Positions 26,927 through 37,436 of a stretch of 64,000 nt of DNA are shown in pieces. The notes under the pieces are model-generated. The model was not told the origin of the DNA and did no database searches. It saw nothing but the letters and a program-made list of their open reading frames with translations. The number at the start of each line of letters is the position of its first letter. Positions within the stretch are counted from its first letter, which is position 1. The stretch lies in the NCBI GenBank assembly GCA_030018135.1, contig JASEGJ010000003.1, positions 27,083 to 91,082 of the forward strand, given 5' to 3'. Origin of the DNA: Candidatus Hodarchaeaceae archaeon. Its GTDB lineage: Archaea; Hadarchaeota; Hadarchaeia; Hadarchaeales; Hadarchaeaceae. Made by a program: the position numbers and the translations under genes.

Positions 26927-28110
26927 TTCCCCACCTCCGTCAGGATTTGGTCGAGCTCCTTAATTAGGCGATCTACGTGTTTGCGTTCGACTATGAGGGG
27001 CGGCACGAACCTTAGAACTTTGTCAGCCGTGCAGTTTATCAATAAACCCCTCTCCCTTGCCTTTGCCACCGCCGCATCTGCGATCTGCTTACTTGAAAGT
27101 TCCATCCCGAGCATGAGCCCAAGCCCTCGAACGTCGAGCACGCAGTCATGTTTGTCCTTTAACTCGAGCAAGCGCTTCTTGAAATATTTGCCGATCCTCG
27201 CGACGCGCTTGGGGAGCTTCAGCCGCAGCATGGTCTTGATCACCGCCTTCGAAGCCTCGCATGCGAGGGGGTTGCCGCCAAAGGTTGAGGCGTGATCGCC
27301 CGGGGAGAATGAAGCCATAACGTCGCCCTTGGCGCCGAAGCAACCTATCGGGAAGCCCCCTCCGAGAGCCTTTGCCATCGTTACAATATCGGGAGTTACC
27401 CCCCAATTCTGGCAGGCGAACCATCGCCCTGTTCGTCCCATGCCCGTCTGGATCTCGTCGCAGATCAGGAGGATGCCCCGCTCATCACAGAGCTTTCTGA
27501 GCCCGGGCAGGAAATCGTCGGAGGCAACGTTTATCCCCCCTTCCCCTTGGACGGGCTCGACGATCACCGCGGCGGTTTGATCGGTCGTCGCCTTCTCCAC
27601 GGCCGCAAGGTCGTTGAACGGCACGAAATCGAAGACCTTGGGGATCAGCGCCGCATAGGGCTCACGATAGGAGGCGTGCCAAGTTGCCCCTACTGTAGAT
27701 GCCGTCCTGCCGTGGAACGAGCCTTCCATGGCTATGATGCGTTGGCGCTTCGTGTGTTTGACCGCGAGCTTGAAGGAGCCCTCGACGGCCTCAGCGCCGG
27801 AATTGCAGAAGAAGAACTTGTCTATACCCTGAGGAGCGACTTGAGCGAGCAGTCCAGCTAGTTCAGCCTGCGGTTGGATGTAGTAGAGGTTTGAAACGTG
27901 CATCAGTTTCTTAGCCTGCGTAGAAATCGCTTTTATGATTGCCGGATGGCAATGACCCAGAGCACAAACCGCTATTCCACCGACGAAGTCGAGGTATTTC
28001 TTTCCCTCGATGTCGCGGACGAACATTCCCTTGCCTTCGACGAGGCAAAGGGGCTGGCGTCTGTAGGTCTGGGCGACGTAGCGCCCGTCTAACTCTTGAA
28101 TGCGATGCAT
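26920..28110 (-). CDS. argD: Acetylornithine aminotransferase
   Basis: [46 protein letters not shown]. Confidence 0.95.
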   Translation of the reverse strand: MHRIQELDGRYVAQTYRRQPLCLVEGKGMFVRDIEGKKYLDFVGGIAVCALGHCHPAIIKAISTQAKKLMHVSNLYYIQPQAELAGLLAQVAPQGIDKFFFCNSGAEAVEGSFKLAVKHTKRQRIIAMEGSFHGRTASTVGATWHASYREPYAALIPKVFDFVPFNDLAAVEKATTDQTAAVIVEPVQGEGGINVASDDFLPGLRKLCDERGILLICDEIQTGMGRTGRWFACQNWGVTPDIVTMAKALGGGFPIGCFGAKGDVMASFSPGDHASTFGGNPLACEASKAVIKTMLRLKLPKRVARIGKYFKKRLLELKDKHDCVLDVRGLGLMLGMELSSKQIADAAVAKARERGLLINCTADKVLRFVPPLIVERKHVDRLIKELDQILTEVGKC

Positions 28111-29007
28111 TCATTGCCCTCGTTCGATCATCGTACCTATACCGCTCTCAGTCAAGATCTCGAGCAAGAGGACATGAGGCATGGTGCCTTTGAGAATGTG
28201 GCACCGCTCGACGCCGCTCTGTATGGCCTTCAGACAAGCATCGACCTTGGGTATCATACCCTTCTTGATCACCCCATCCTGTATGAGCTTCCGCGCCTCG
28301 TCAACTGTCAACACCGAAATTAAGGTTTTTTCATCGTTTGGGTCTCGCATAACCCCAACGACATCCGTGAGCAGGATGAGCTTTTTTGCATGCATGGCCC
28401 CGGCGAGTTCGGCGGCGGTGATGTCGGCGTTTATGTTTAAACTGTGACCTTCGGCATCCACACCGATTGGCGTGATCACCGGGATGCAGCCCCCTTTGAT
28501 CAAGTTATGGATGATGGTCGGGTCGATCTTTTCCACCTCTCCGACGAGCCCGAGGTCGACTTCAACTTCCTTTCCCTTGCTTGTGGTCATCTTGTGGATG
28601 AGCTTGCGCGCGCGGATGAGGTTCCCATCCATCCCGGAGATCCCGAAGGCTTTTCCCCCGTGGTGGTTGATCCCGAGGACTATCTGCTTGTTGATCTTCC
28701 CGGCGAGCTGTTCGTGCAGGATCTCCATCGTCCTCTCATCGGTGACGCGAAGCCCCTCGATGAACTTAGGCTTGATCCCCAGCTTGCGCATTTCCTCGCT
28801 TATCTCCGGGCCGCCTCCGTGGACCACCACTATCTTCATCCCAAAGAGGTTGAGGAGGACTACATCTTGGAGGAGGGTATCGAGCATCTTTTCGCCCCCT
28901 AGCACGCTGCCGCCGATTTTGATGACGATGATTTTGCCGTGAAAGCGCTGAATGTAGGGTAGTGCCTCGAGCAATACCGACGCGCGATCTTGCATCTTTA
29001 TCTCCAC
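28111..29007 (-). CDS. argB: Acetylglutamate kinase
   Basis: EALPYI, IKIGG, VVHGGGP, GLRVTD, NINAD, GMIPKV. Confidence 0.96.
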   Translation of the reverse strand: MEIKMQDRASVLLEALPYIQRFHGKIIVIKIGGSVLGGEKMLDTLLQDVVLLNLFGMKIVVVHGGGPEISEEMRKLGIKPKFIEGLRVTDERTMEILHEQLAGKINKQIVLGINHHGGKAFGISGMDGNLIRARKLIHKMTTSKGKEVEVDLGLVGEVEKIDPTIIHNLIKGGCIPVITPIGVDAEGHSLNINADITAAELAGAMHAKKLILLTDVVGVMRDPNDEKTLISVLTVDEARKLIQDGVIKKGMIPKVDACLKAIQSGVERCHILKGTMPHVLLLEILTESGIGTMIERGQ

Positions 29008-29173
29008 AATTTCACTTCATTGTTATGTATCTTCTTAAAAACATTTGTAAACGACGTAAGCGTCAAAGTAAAAATCTTGATCGCTGGATCGATGTTTTTC
29101 TAGGCACGCACAGCTGTGAAGTTAGGGGAAATTGGTTATTTTTTAGATTCTCAAGCAATCTTGGTGAACCTCA

Positions 29174-30406
29174 TCAGGTGGTGTACCTCGAGTTTATCCT
29201 CACGTAGTCATAGGTCAGGTCGCATCCCCACGCGACTGCCTCGGCCTTCCCCGCGGCCAAGTCCACATGGACCTCGATCTCCCGACAGCGCATTATGTCG
29301 CGCGCTCGCTCGAGGGCTCGCCTTGGCTTGGGCTTGCCCCGTTCGACTAGGTTGACCCGCCCACGATCGCTCACAAACTCCAGGCTGATCTTGGACGGAT
29401 CGAAGGAAGCTCCGGAGTACCCGAGCGCGGCGATCACGCGGCCCCAATTTGGATCTCGGCCAAAGACGGCGGCCTTAACGAGGTTCGAGCCAGCCACAGC
29501 GAGGGCCGCTCGACGTGCGTCCCCCTCGTTGCGCGCGTTTTTTACCCGTACCTCGATTAGGTGGGCCGCGCCTTCCCCATCCCTCACGATCATGCGCGCG
29601 AGTTCGATGAGCACATAGTCCAAACCGGATTGGAACATTTTGTCGATGTGTTTGATGGTTATCGGGCGATTTTTCGCGCGCCCATTTGCCATGATCAATA
29701 CCATATCATTTGTGCTTGTATCGTCATCGACGGTGATCATGTTAAAGCTCCGCTCAACGGAGTTTTGGAGCGCAGCTCTCAAGGCAGCCGGGGTCACCGT
29801 GGCATCGGTCACGATCAATGCCAACATGGTTGCAACCCTCATCCGCGGTCGGATCATGCCTGCGCCCTTGGCTACCCCAGCGATGTTGATCGTCGTGCCG
29901 TCCTCCAGGTTAACTCTGATCGCGATTTCCTTTGGAAATGTATCGGTCGTCATGATGGCCCTTGCGGCGTTCAAGCTCGCCTCGCGTGAGCTGGAGAGCT
30001 CCTCGACTGCTGCCCTGATACCTGCCTCTATTCGACGCATGGGGAGACGCATTCCTATGAGGCCAGTCGACGCAACGGCGAGGTCATTCGAGCGCAGCTT
30101 GAGAAGCTTGGCAGCGAGCCGTGCCATCTGGCGCGCGTCCCGTATCCCCTGCTTGCCGGTGTATGCATTCGCGTTGCCGCTGTTAGCGACCACCGCCGCG
30201 AGCTTGCCGTCCTTGAGGTGCTCCATTGTAACCAAAAGCGGCGCACCCCTGACTAGGTTGGTTGTAAAGGAGCCAGCAGCCGGCACCGGGCCATCCTCGC
30301 TCACCAGCATCATGATGTCCAAGCCGCGCCGCTTGACGTTTGCCCTAACCCCCGCCGCCAAAAAGCCAGGCACTGCGGTTAAGCCGCCCTCCAGCACGGT
30401 GATCAT
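29174..30406 (-). CDS. argJ: Ornithine acetyltransferase / N-acetylglutamate synthase
   Basis: NSGNANA, STGLIG, IMTTDT, KGAGMI..ATML, DTSTND, DGEGA, DPNWGR. Confidence 0.96.
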   Translation of the reverse strand: MITVLEGGLTAVPGFLAAGVRANVKRRGLDIMMLVSEDGPVPAAGSFTTNLVRGAPLLVTMEHLKDGKLAAVVANSGNANAYTGKQGIRDARQMARLAAKLLKLRSNDLAVASTGLIGMRLPMRRIEAGIRAAVEELSSSREASLNAARAIMTTDTFPKEIAIRVNLEDGTTINIAGVAKGAGMIRPRMRVATMLALIVTDATVTPAALRAALQNSVERSFNMITVDDDTSTNDMVLIMANGRAKNRPITIKHIDKMFQSGLDYVLIELARMIVRDGEGAAHLIEVRVKNARNEGDARRAALAVAGSNLVKAAVFGRDPNWGRVIAALGYSGASFDPSKISLEFVSDRGRVNLVERGKPKPRRALERARDIMRCREIEVHVDLAAGKAEAVAWGCDLTYDYVRINSRYTT

Positions 30407-30414
30407 GGCTTCAC

Positions 30415-31443
30415 CTATGGGCGTAGCGGCGGGGTTTCCAAGCCCCTCGCCTCATCGATGCCGAACATCAGATTCATGTTTTGGATCGCCTGACCGGATG
30501 CGCCCTTGATGAGGTTATCGATCGTAGATACCACCACAAGCCTTTTCCCCTCGGCGTCGCATTCGACCCCGACATCGCAGTAATTCGACCCCGCGACGAA
30601 GTTGACCTGCGGCAGATCTTCCAGCACGCGCACAAAGCGCTCGCCGCGGTAAAACTCTTGATAGAGCTTGAGCACCCTCTCCTTAAACATTGGCTCACGA
30701 GCGAACACGTGCATGGTAGATAGGATGCCTCGCACGATCGGTATGAGGTGCGGGGTGAAGAATGCCTTGATTTCCCGTCCGGCGAGTTTACTCAGCTCCT
30801 GATCTATTTCGGGGCCGTGGCGATGGGTCGTCACTGCATAGGCGCGGACATTTGAGCCGCAGGTGGGGTGATGGGTAATTTCGCCGGGTGCGGCCCCGGC
30901 TCCAGAGGTGCCGCTCTTGGCATCGATCACTATATGTCCAAGATCGACGAGATGTCCCTTGACGAGCGGCGCTAAACCCAGGACGGCGGCAGTTGGATAG
31001 CAGCCGGGGTTGGCGACGAGTTCGGCCCCCTTTATTTCATCGCGGTAGAGCTCCGGCAATCCGTAGACCGCTTTAAGGTGCGGGCTCTCGTGTTTGACGT
31101 AGTGCCGTTCAAACACCTTGGGGTCGTCGAACCTATAGTCGGCACTAAGGTCGACCACTTTCGCACCGCCCTCTAAAAGCTTTGGGACAAACTTCATAGC
31201 AATCCCATGTGGCGTGGCGGTGAACACGACATCAGCTGCTTTACCTATCTTTGCATAGTCTGGCTCAGCTATGGTTAAATCAACCAATCCCCGCAAGTTT
31301 GGGTGTACCCTGTGTAATGGCTGACCGGCGTTTTTAATGTCATACGCACCGACGAGATTTACATCCGGATGGTTCGCCAGAAGCCTGAACAGCTCGCCCC
31401 CAGCATATCCAGATGCCCCGATGACGGCAGCGGTTATCGTCAA
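30415..31443 (-). CDS. argC: N-acetyl-gamma-glutamyl-phosphate reductase
   Basis: GASGYAG, DLSADYR, ANPGCYPT, SGTSGAG, DNLIKGASGQA. Confidence 0.97.
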   Translation of the reverse strand: MTITAAVIGASGYAGGELFRLLANHPDVNLVGAYDIKNAGQPLHRVHPNLRGLVDLTIAEPDYAKIGKAADVVFTATPHGIAMKFVPKLLEGGAKVVDLSADYRFDDPKVFERHYVKHESPHLKAVYGLPELYRDEIKGAELVANPGCYPTAAVLGLAPLVKGHLVDLGHIVIDAKSGTSGAGAAPGEITHHPTCGSNVRAYAVTTHRHGPEIDQELSKLAGREIKAFFTPHLIPIVRGILSTMHVFAREPMFKERVLKLYQEFYRGERFVRVLEDLPQVNFVAGSNYCDVGVECDAEGKRLVVVSTIDNLIKGASGQAIQNMNLMFGIDEARGLETPPLRP

Positions 31444-32921
31444 CGCACCCTTCTCCTCACGTCTTTCAACAGTTTTGTCTCCGCCTTTGCAATCGCCCTC
31501 GCTCGTGCGCGCACCAGCTTTTCCCTGTTTTTAACGGCTCTCCTTAGTTGATTTATTTGCCCTTTTATCACCTTCGGCGCAGGTCCACCGAGCGTGCCTC
31601 GAGCCTCCACGCATTTTTCGGCATCCCAAGCTTCTTTAAACTCCTTTTCTGTGAGCGAGATTCCCTTGCCGAGGATCTCGCGGCATGCCGCCTGCAAATC
31701 CTCGATGCTTAATGCCCGCGGGGATTTGTGCTCTTTCACGGCCCGAGCGACCATTCGGCCAACTACCGCGTGCGCGTCCCTGAACGCCAACCCAGCTCTG
31801 CGCACGAGCGTGTCGGCGAGTTCCGTTGCGGTGGCAAAGCTCATCTCTGCGCGCTCGCGCATGACCTCCGGCTTAGGCTCGATTGCACCCATGAGTTTTG
31901 ACATCGCCTTCAAGCTATCCCTTGTCTGGTCGATGGCGTCCCAAAGCAGGGGAGTGAGATCCTGGAGGTCCAAGTTATATGACTGCGGCAGGGCTTTCAT
32001 TACGGCCAATGCACCGACTAGGTTGCCGGTCAAGCGTCCTGCCTTCGCGCGGGCTATTTCTGCAACCACCGGGTTTTTCTTCTGAGGCATTATGCTGCTG
32101 GTCGCTGCAAACTCGTCGGGCATCTCGATCATGTCAAACTCGGCCGAACCCCAAAGCACGAGCTCATCAGCTAACCTGCTCACATTCACCATTGAAATGG
32201 CCAGAGCTGATATTGTCTGAAGGGCAAAGTCCCGACCACCGACGGCGTCGATGGTGTTCTCCAGGATGTGCTTAAAACCGAGCAACCGAGCGACACGCAT
32301 CCGATCGATGGGAAAGCTCGTTCCAGCCAAAGCGCAGGCGCCCATTGGACAGGAGCTGGCCTGTTCTAGCGCGTGCGAGAGGCGGTCCGCATCCCGGAGG
32401 AAAGCCGATGCATGGGCGACAAGGTAGTGGGCGAAGGTTGTTGGCTCCGCAACTTGGAGGTGGGTATAGCCGGGCATTATTGTCCTAGTGTTTTTTTCGG
32501 CGAGGGCTATCAAATTGCCTATCAGCTCGAGGAGCGCGGCCTGAACTTCCAAAAGGTCCTTTCGAAGGGTCATGCGAATGGCGGCGGCGACTTGGTCGTT
32601 ACGGCTCTTCGCCGTGTGAAGTTTACCTCCGACCTCCTCGTCGGTGGCCGCAATGACGAACTTCTCAACGGCCATGTGGATGTCCTCGAGCTCCGGCCGT
32701 AGCTCGAGGGCTTCCACGCCCCGCTCATGGAGTTCATGAAGCGCACGAAGTATTGCGGCGGCATCTTCCTCAGGGATTATACGGCGTTCAGCCAGCATGA
32801 TGATGTGCGCCATGTTGATCTGGACAACTGGCTTAAAAATCCGGACATCGGCCCGCATTGAGGAGGTGTACTCGCTGATCATCTCATCCGTCGGCGGCTT
32901 GAGGCGTCCTCTGCGCAACAT
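31440..32921 (-). CDS. argH: Argininosuccinate lyase
   Basis: EDIH, SRNDQV, PGYTHLQ, SSIMPQKKNP, FRDAH. Confidence 0.97.
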   Translation of the reverse strand: MLRRGRLKPPTDEMISEYTSSMRADVRIFKPVVQINMAHIIMLAERRIIPEEDAAAILRALHELHERGVEALELRPELEDIHMAVEKFVIAATDEEVGGKLHTAKSRNDQVAAAIRMTLRKDLLEVQAALLELIGNLIALAEKNTRTIMPGYTHLQVAEPTTFAHYLVAHASAFLRDADRLSHALEQASSCPMGACALAGTSFPIDRMRVARLLGFKHILENTIDAVGGRDFALQTISALAISMVNVSRLADELVLWGSAEFDMIEMPDEFAATSSIMPQKKNPVVAEIARAKAGRLTGNLVGALAVMKALPQSYNLDLQDLTPLLWDAIDQTRDSLKAMSKLMGAIEPKPEVMRERAEMSFATATELADTLVRRAGLAFRDAHAVVGRMVARAVKEHKSPRALSIEDLQAACREILGKGISLTEKEFKEAWDAEKCVEARGTLGGPAPKVIKGQINQLRRAVKNREKLVRARARAIAKAETKLLKDVRRRVR

Positions 32922-32960
32922 CCTATCTCCCTCACTCTACTTTTACCACAACTTGTTTGA

Positions 32961-34142
32961 TCATCTACCCTTCTTTCTGGCACATGCAATTTTTTGTTGC
33001 AACCCATACAATTTTATGAACGCTTCCGCGTCGGCGCCTTTCCAACTTGCCATCTGTGCGTACCGTGCGACATCTTCGCGCACGAGGGAGTATGGGGATG
33101 AAACGCTTACCTGAATTGCACTCATGTGATCCAGTTTCATCACCGTTTCCCCCGTCACAACCTTTTGAGTTGAATCCATGAAGGCTTCTATGTCTCGCAC
33201 CAGTGGCTCATAAAACAAACCACGGTAAGACATGTCCGCATAGGTACTCTCTAGAGGGGTTTTGGTGGCAAGCTGGTGTCGCGTGAGCACAAGCCTTTCA
33301 AGCGCCCTGTGCGCCTCGATCAGCAGGAGCAAGCCCGGTGCTTCAAATGCCTGAAAACCTTTTATCCCAACCGTTTCGTCCTCCACGTAAAGTCCCCTTC
33401 CGTACCCGTGCGCCCCGGCCACCTCGTTCAACTTCTGGAGGATCTCTATTCCATGCATTTTCTTTCCGTCCAACGCGACGGGAACCCCTTTCTCGAAGGA
33501 AATTTTAACATATTCGGGTTCTCTTTTCCTTACTTTAGTTAACACCCATACTTCCTCACTTGGCTCCTTGTTTTCGTCTATTTCTGAGCCTGAAATAGTT
33601 CGCCCGAAAACATTTTCGTTGATGGTGTATTTTTTCGTCGCATTTTTCACGCTGAATCCTTTTTTCTCCAAATACTCTATTTCCTGCGGCCTTCTTATCC
33701 CGAGCTCTCGTATGGGCGCGATTATTTTAAGATCCGGAGCCAAGCACATCGTAGTTATGTCGATTCGCACTTGGTCATTTCCCGCCCCGGTGCATCCGTG
33801 CGCAACCGCGCTAGCTTTTTCCTCAGCCGCGATCTCGATTAGATGTTTTGCGATGGTATAGCGGTCGGAGCACATGAGGGGGTACACTCCCTCATACAAC
33901 GCGTTTGCCTTGATGATGTAAGAGATTATCTCGTCGAAGATTTCTTTTTTCGCATCGACAAAATAATGTTTTATTGCGCCCAACTTCTTTGAACGATTTT
34001 CGATGTACTTCAATTCTTCTTTACTCAGTCCACCAGTATCTACCGTTGCGGTAATCACGTCAAACTTTTTTTCTTTTAAGTAGAGCAAACAAAAACTCGT
34101 GTCTAAGCCACCAGAAAAAGCCAATACAACTTTTTCGGTCAT
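32961..34142 (-). CDS. argG: Argininosuccinate synthase
   Basis: LAFSGGLDTS, HGCTGAGNDQVR, FEAPG. Confidence 0.95.
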   Translation of the reverse strand: MTEKVVLAFSGGLDTSFCLLYLKEKKFDVITATVDTGGLSKEELKYIENRSKKLGAIKHYFVDAKKEIFDEIISYIIKANALYEGVYPLMCSDRYTIAKHLIEIAAEEKASAVAHGCTGAGNDQVRIDITTMCLAPDLKIIAPIRELGIRRPQEIEYLEKKGFSVKNATKKYTINENVFGRTISGSEIDENKEPSEEVWVLTKVRKREPEYVKISFEKGVPVALDGKKMHGIEILQKLNEVAGAHGYGRGLYVEDETVGIKGFQAFEAPGLLLLIEAHRALERLVLTRHQLATKTPLESTYADMSYRGLFYEPLVRDIEAFMDSTQKVVTGETVMKLDHMSAIQVSVSSPYSLVREDVARYAQMASWKGADAEAFIKLYGLQQKIACARKKGR

Positions 34143-34279
34143 TTACTCCACCCACCTACAATAGCGTCTCAGTTTTTATCACTATTTAGTTCGGGTATAT
34201 CAATAAATCTTTAATCATCCCGAAAGCTTTTTAGCAGCCGTTCTCCAATCGCTACGGTTGAAGTTCCACGGGTGCCTAG

Positions 34280-34714
34280 ATGGGAAGGATCGCGTACGTG
34301 GGTGAAGGCTGTACCGGATGCAAAATCTGCTCTGTTGCCTGTGCTTATGCGCACGATCGGACATTTGGCGTCAAGGCGGGCCGCATTTGGGTCGTCAAGG
34401 AGGAGCCACTTACAGATTATCCCGTTGTTTGCGTCCAGTGCGCTAAGCCCCGGTGCCAAGAAGTTTGTCCGGTGGCGGCCATCAGCCGCGTTAACGATTT
34501 GGTGCTTGTCGACGAAAATGCTTGCATAGGCTGTGGCGCGTGCGTCGAGGCCTGTCCGTTTGGTGCGATAATTTTGCATCCCGCGAAGCGCATCGCGATT
34601 AAATGCGACCTCTGCGGCGGCAATGAGCCACAATGCGTAAAGTTTTGCCCAGCGGACGTATTGAAACTCAAAGAGCTCGCAGCCGTGGCGCAGGAGAAGC
34701 GGACTAAGGGGTGA
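34280..34714 (+). CDS. 4Fe-4S electron-transfer subunit (AorA/DmsB-like)
   Basis: CTGCKICSVAC, CVQC..CQEVCP, CIGCGACVEACP, KCDLC..CVKFCP. Confidence 0.9.
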   Translation: MGRIAYVGEGCTGCKICSVACAYAHDRTFGVKAGRIWVVKEEPLTDYPVVCVQCAKPRCQEVCPVAAISRVNDLVLVDENACIGCGACVEACPFGAIILHPAKRIAIKCDLCGGNEPQCVKFCPADVLKLKELAAVAQEKRTKG

Positions 34715-34718
34715 TATC

Positions 34719-36629
34719 TTGCCATATCCGTTCGGCGGCTACATGGGACAAATCCTGCGCGTGGATTTGACGAGACAAAAGTCCGCCGTGGAGCAACTGC
34801 CGAGCAGGCTTGTGCGCGACTATATCGGCGGCACAGGCTTTGCAGCTCGCATTTTGTTCGATGAGCTCAAGTCCGGGATGGACGCCCTCGATCCGGAAAA
34901 CAGGCTAATCTTCGCGACCGGTCCGCTGGTGGGCACGCTCTGGCCAACGTCTGGCAGGTGGGCGGTTTACGCGAAATCTCCTCTGACAGATATTTGGGGG
35001 GAGTCGCACTGCGGAGGGTTCTTCGGCGCGGAGCTGAAGTTCGCTGGCTACGATATGATCATAGTGAATGGGCGAGCGAACAAACCCGTTTATTTGTGGA
35101 TCGACGACGGAAGGATCGAGATCCTGTCCGCCAAAAACCTCTGGAACAGAAACACGGCCGAAACCACGGACGCGATTCGAGAGCAACACGGCGATCGGGA
35201 GATCGAGGTGGCTTGCATCGGTCCAGCGGGTGAGAACCTCGTGCGCTTCGCTTGCATAATGAACAATTATCAAGACGCGGCTGGCAGGGCAGGCTTGGGG
35301 GCGGTGATGGGCTCGAAGCGCCTAAAGGCGGTTGCCGTGAGGGGTTCGCAAAGCGTCAGGGTGGCGGATGATGATAAGTTTATGGAGCTGGTTGAGGATG
35401 CCCACGAGCGCGTGCTCAAGCAACCTCAAGCTCGGGAGATGACCAAGTATGGCACGCCGTTGCTTGTCGCATACAAATCAGAAATTGGGGAACTCCCCAC
35501 GCGAAACCATCAAACGGGCATATTTGCGGGCGCCGGTAAACTTAAGGCAGACACGATCCGCGCGCAGTACTTCGCCAAAACGCGGTCATGCTTTGGCTGC
35601 CGCATAATGTGCAAAAAGGTAAACCGCATCCCCGAGGGCCCGTATAAGGGGACGATATCCGGCGGGCCGGAATATGAGTCAATTTTTTCGCTCGGCACCA
35701 ATTGCGGCATAGATGATTTTGGCGCGATACATAAGGCGAACCAGCTTTGCAACCTGTACGGTCTCGACGCCATCTCAGCGGGCTGCGTCGTAGCATGGCT
35801 GATGGAGTGCTATGAACGTGGGCTGATCAACCGTGGGCAGTGCGATGGCCTCGACCCGACGTGGGGCAACCATGGGGCGATGGTGACGCTAATCGAGAAA
35901 ATTGCAAAACGCGAGGGGATCGGCGATACCCTCGCGGAGGGCAGCTATCGCGCGGCGAAGAAGCTGGGCAAGGGCGCCGAATACGTCATGCACGTCAAAA
36001 AACTGGAAATATCGGGTCAGGATGGCCGCACCCATCGAAGCGTCGCGCTTACGCACGCCATATCCGTGCGCGGCGCCGACCATCTGCGCTCGCTCGTCAC
36101 CGTGGATCAGCTCGGCTACGAGGAGACGGCGGCGAAGCGCTACGGCAAGGACAAGTTACCGGAGATATGCGATCCCTACGTGGAGAAATACAAGGCCGCG
36201 GCGGTCAAGGACACCGAGGACGCGTTCGCGATACGCGATAGCTTGATCGTCTGTTGGTACTCCTGCGGTTGGCCGCCCATCTTCTGGATGCCTGACTTTG
36301 CGGCGGTTGCGGCGGCGGCAACTGGCATAAAGGAGTTCGGCAGGCTCGAGGAGCTTTACCGCATAGCGCAGCGCATATGCAATCTGCGGCGGGCCTTCAA
36401 CGTGCGCGAGGGGCTGGATCGAAGGCACGACGCGCTGCCCAAGCGTTTCACCCACGAACCCATGCCCGAAGGGCCTGGCAAGGGGCAGGTGGCGAACCTT
36501 GAAATAATGTTGCGCGAATATTACAAATTGAGGGGCTGGGGCGAAAATGGCATACCTACGAGGCGGACGTTGGGTGAGCTTGGGTTGAGCGATGTGGCGG
36601 CCGAGCTGGAGCGCTTGGGGAGGTTGTGA
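34719..36629 (+). CDS. aor: Tungsten-family aldehyde:ferredoxin oxidoreductase
   Basis: ILRVDLT, KSPLT, ELKFAGYD, IGPAGENLV, GAVMGSKRLKA, CFGC..C, GPEYE, LDAIS. Confidence 0.92.
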   Translation: MPYPFGGYMGQILRVDLTRQKSAVEQLPSRLVRDYIGGTGFAARILFDELKSGMDALDPENRLIFATGPLVGTLWPTSGRWAVYAKSPLTDIWGESHCGGFFGAELKFAGYDMIIVNGRANKPVYLWIDDGRIEILSAKNLWNRNTAETTDAIREQHGDREIEVACIGPAGENLVRFACIMNNYQDAAGRAGLGAVMGSKRLKAVAVRGSQSVRVADDDKFMELVEDAHERVLKQPQAREMTKYGTPLLVAYKSEIGELPTRNHQTGIFAGAGKLKADTIRAQYFAKTRSCFGCRIMCKKVNRIPEGPYKGTISGGPEYESIFSLGTNCGIDDFGAIHKANQLCNLYGLDAISAGCVVAWLMECYERGLINRGQCDGLDPTWGNHGAMVTLIEKIAKREGIGDTLAEGSYRAAKKLGKGAEYVMHVKKLEISGQDGRTHRSVALTHAISVRGADHLRSLVTVDQLGYEETAAKRYGKDKLPEICDPYVEKYKAAAVKDTEDAFAIRDSLIVCWYSCGWPPIFWMPDFAAVAAAATGIKEFGRLEELYRIAQRICNLRRAFNVREGLDRRHDALPKRFTHEPMPEGPGKGQVANLEIMLREYYKLRGWGENGIPTRRTLGELGLSDVAAELERLGRL

Positions 36630-36919
36630 CGGCTGTGGAAGTCGTGATCAAACTTCACGGCGATTTATGCGAGAAGGCGGGCACCGACACGATAAAGCTG
36701 CCGATCGACGAAGACGAGACGATCGACACGCTGCTGATGAAGCTCGGCAGGCGCCACTCGGACCTGCTGGAGGCCATCCTCGATCCGCAGACGGGCGAAC
36801 TCAAGTCCTACTACAATATTTTGCTCAATGGTAGGAGGGTACAGCAGCTTCGCGGCATCCATACCAAGCTGAAGCACAAGGACGAGCTCGCGATCTTTCC
36901 GCCCGTGGCGGGGGGTTAG
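36626..36919 (+). CDS. MoaD/ThiS/SAMP ubiquitin-like sulfur carrier
   Basis: ILLNGR, DELAIFPPVAGG C-terminus. Confidence 0.92.
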   Translation: MTAVEVVIKLHGDLCEKAGTDTIKLPIDEDETIDTLLMKLGRRHSDLLEAILDPQTGELKSYYNILLNGRRVQQLRGIHTKLKHKDELAIFPPVAGG

Positions 36920-36959
36920 CAAGCATCCGGAGATTTTGCTCGACGTTTTGCCCGACCCC

Positions 36960-37247
36960 GAGTACCATGGAGTTTGTCGGACACCTCTCCAACTTTGCTA
37001 GCAACTCAGCGATGCTCAGGTCAGCCAGCTTGTATCTGATCAATTTTCCTTGGCGCACACTTTTTACCAGCCCGCACCTTCTGGCAACTTGCAGGTGGTG
37101 CGAAATCAAGGATTGCTCCTTACCCAGCCCCCTAAAGATCTCGCACACGCAGCGCTCGCCGTCCTTCGGCATCAACAGAATTTTAAACTGCGTTTCGTCC
37201 GCTATGCGCTTGAGCAGGGCGAGCTGGTTGTCGATGGGCTGAGGCAT
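36960..37247 (-). pseudogene. Degenerate ArsR/SmtB regulator
   Basis: IADETQFKIL (R->Q), ERCVCEI, QSLISHHL; ORF runs on into the convergent SAMP gene, suggesting a lost stop. Confidence 0.6.
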
Positions 37248-37436
37248 GCGCTCATCCCGGAATGTCGCGCCTTATGACCAAGACTGGCCTCCGAGTCGTT
37301 TTTCAGCCACTTTTGCCACCTAAGATTCTTGAGCGTCTTCTTGGTAAATGAATGATGGTTCAAATAAGGTTTTCTTAGCGCGAAACTTTCGCCAACGACA
37401 AAGGACAAGAAATGTATCCTCTTTCGTTTTTAAACT

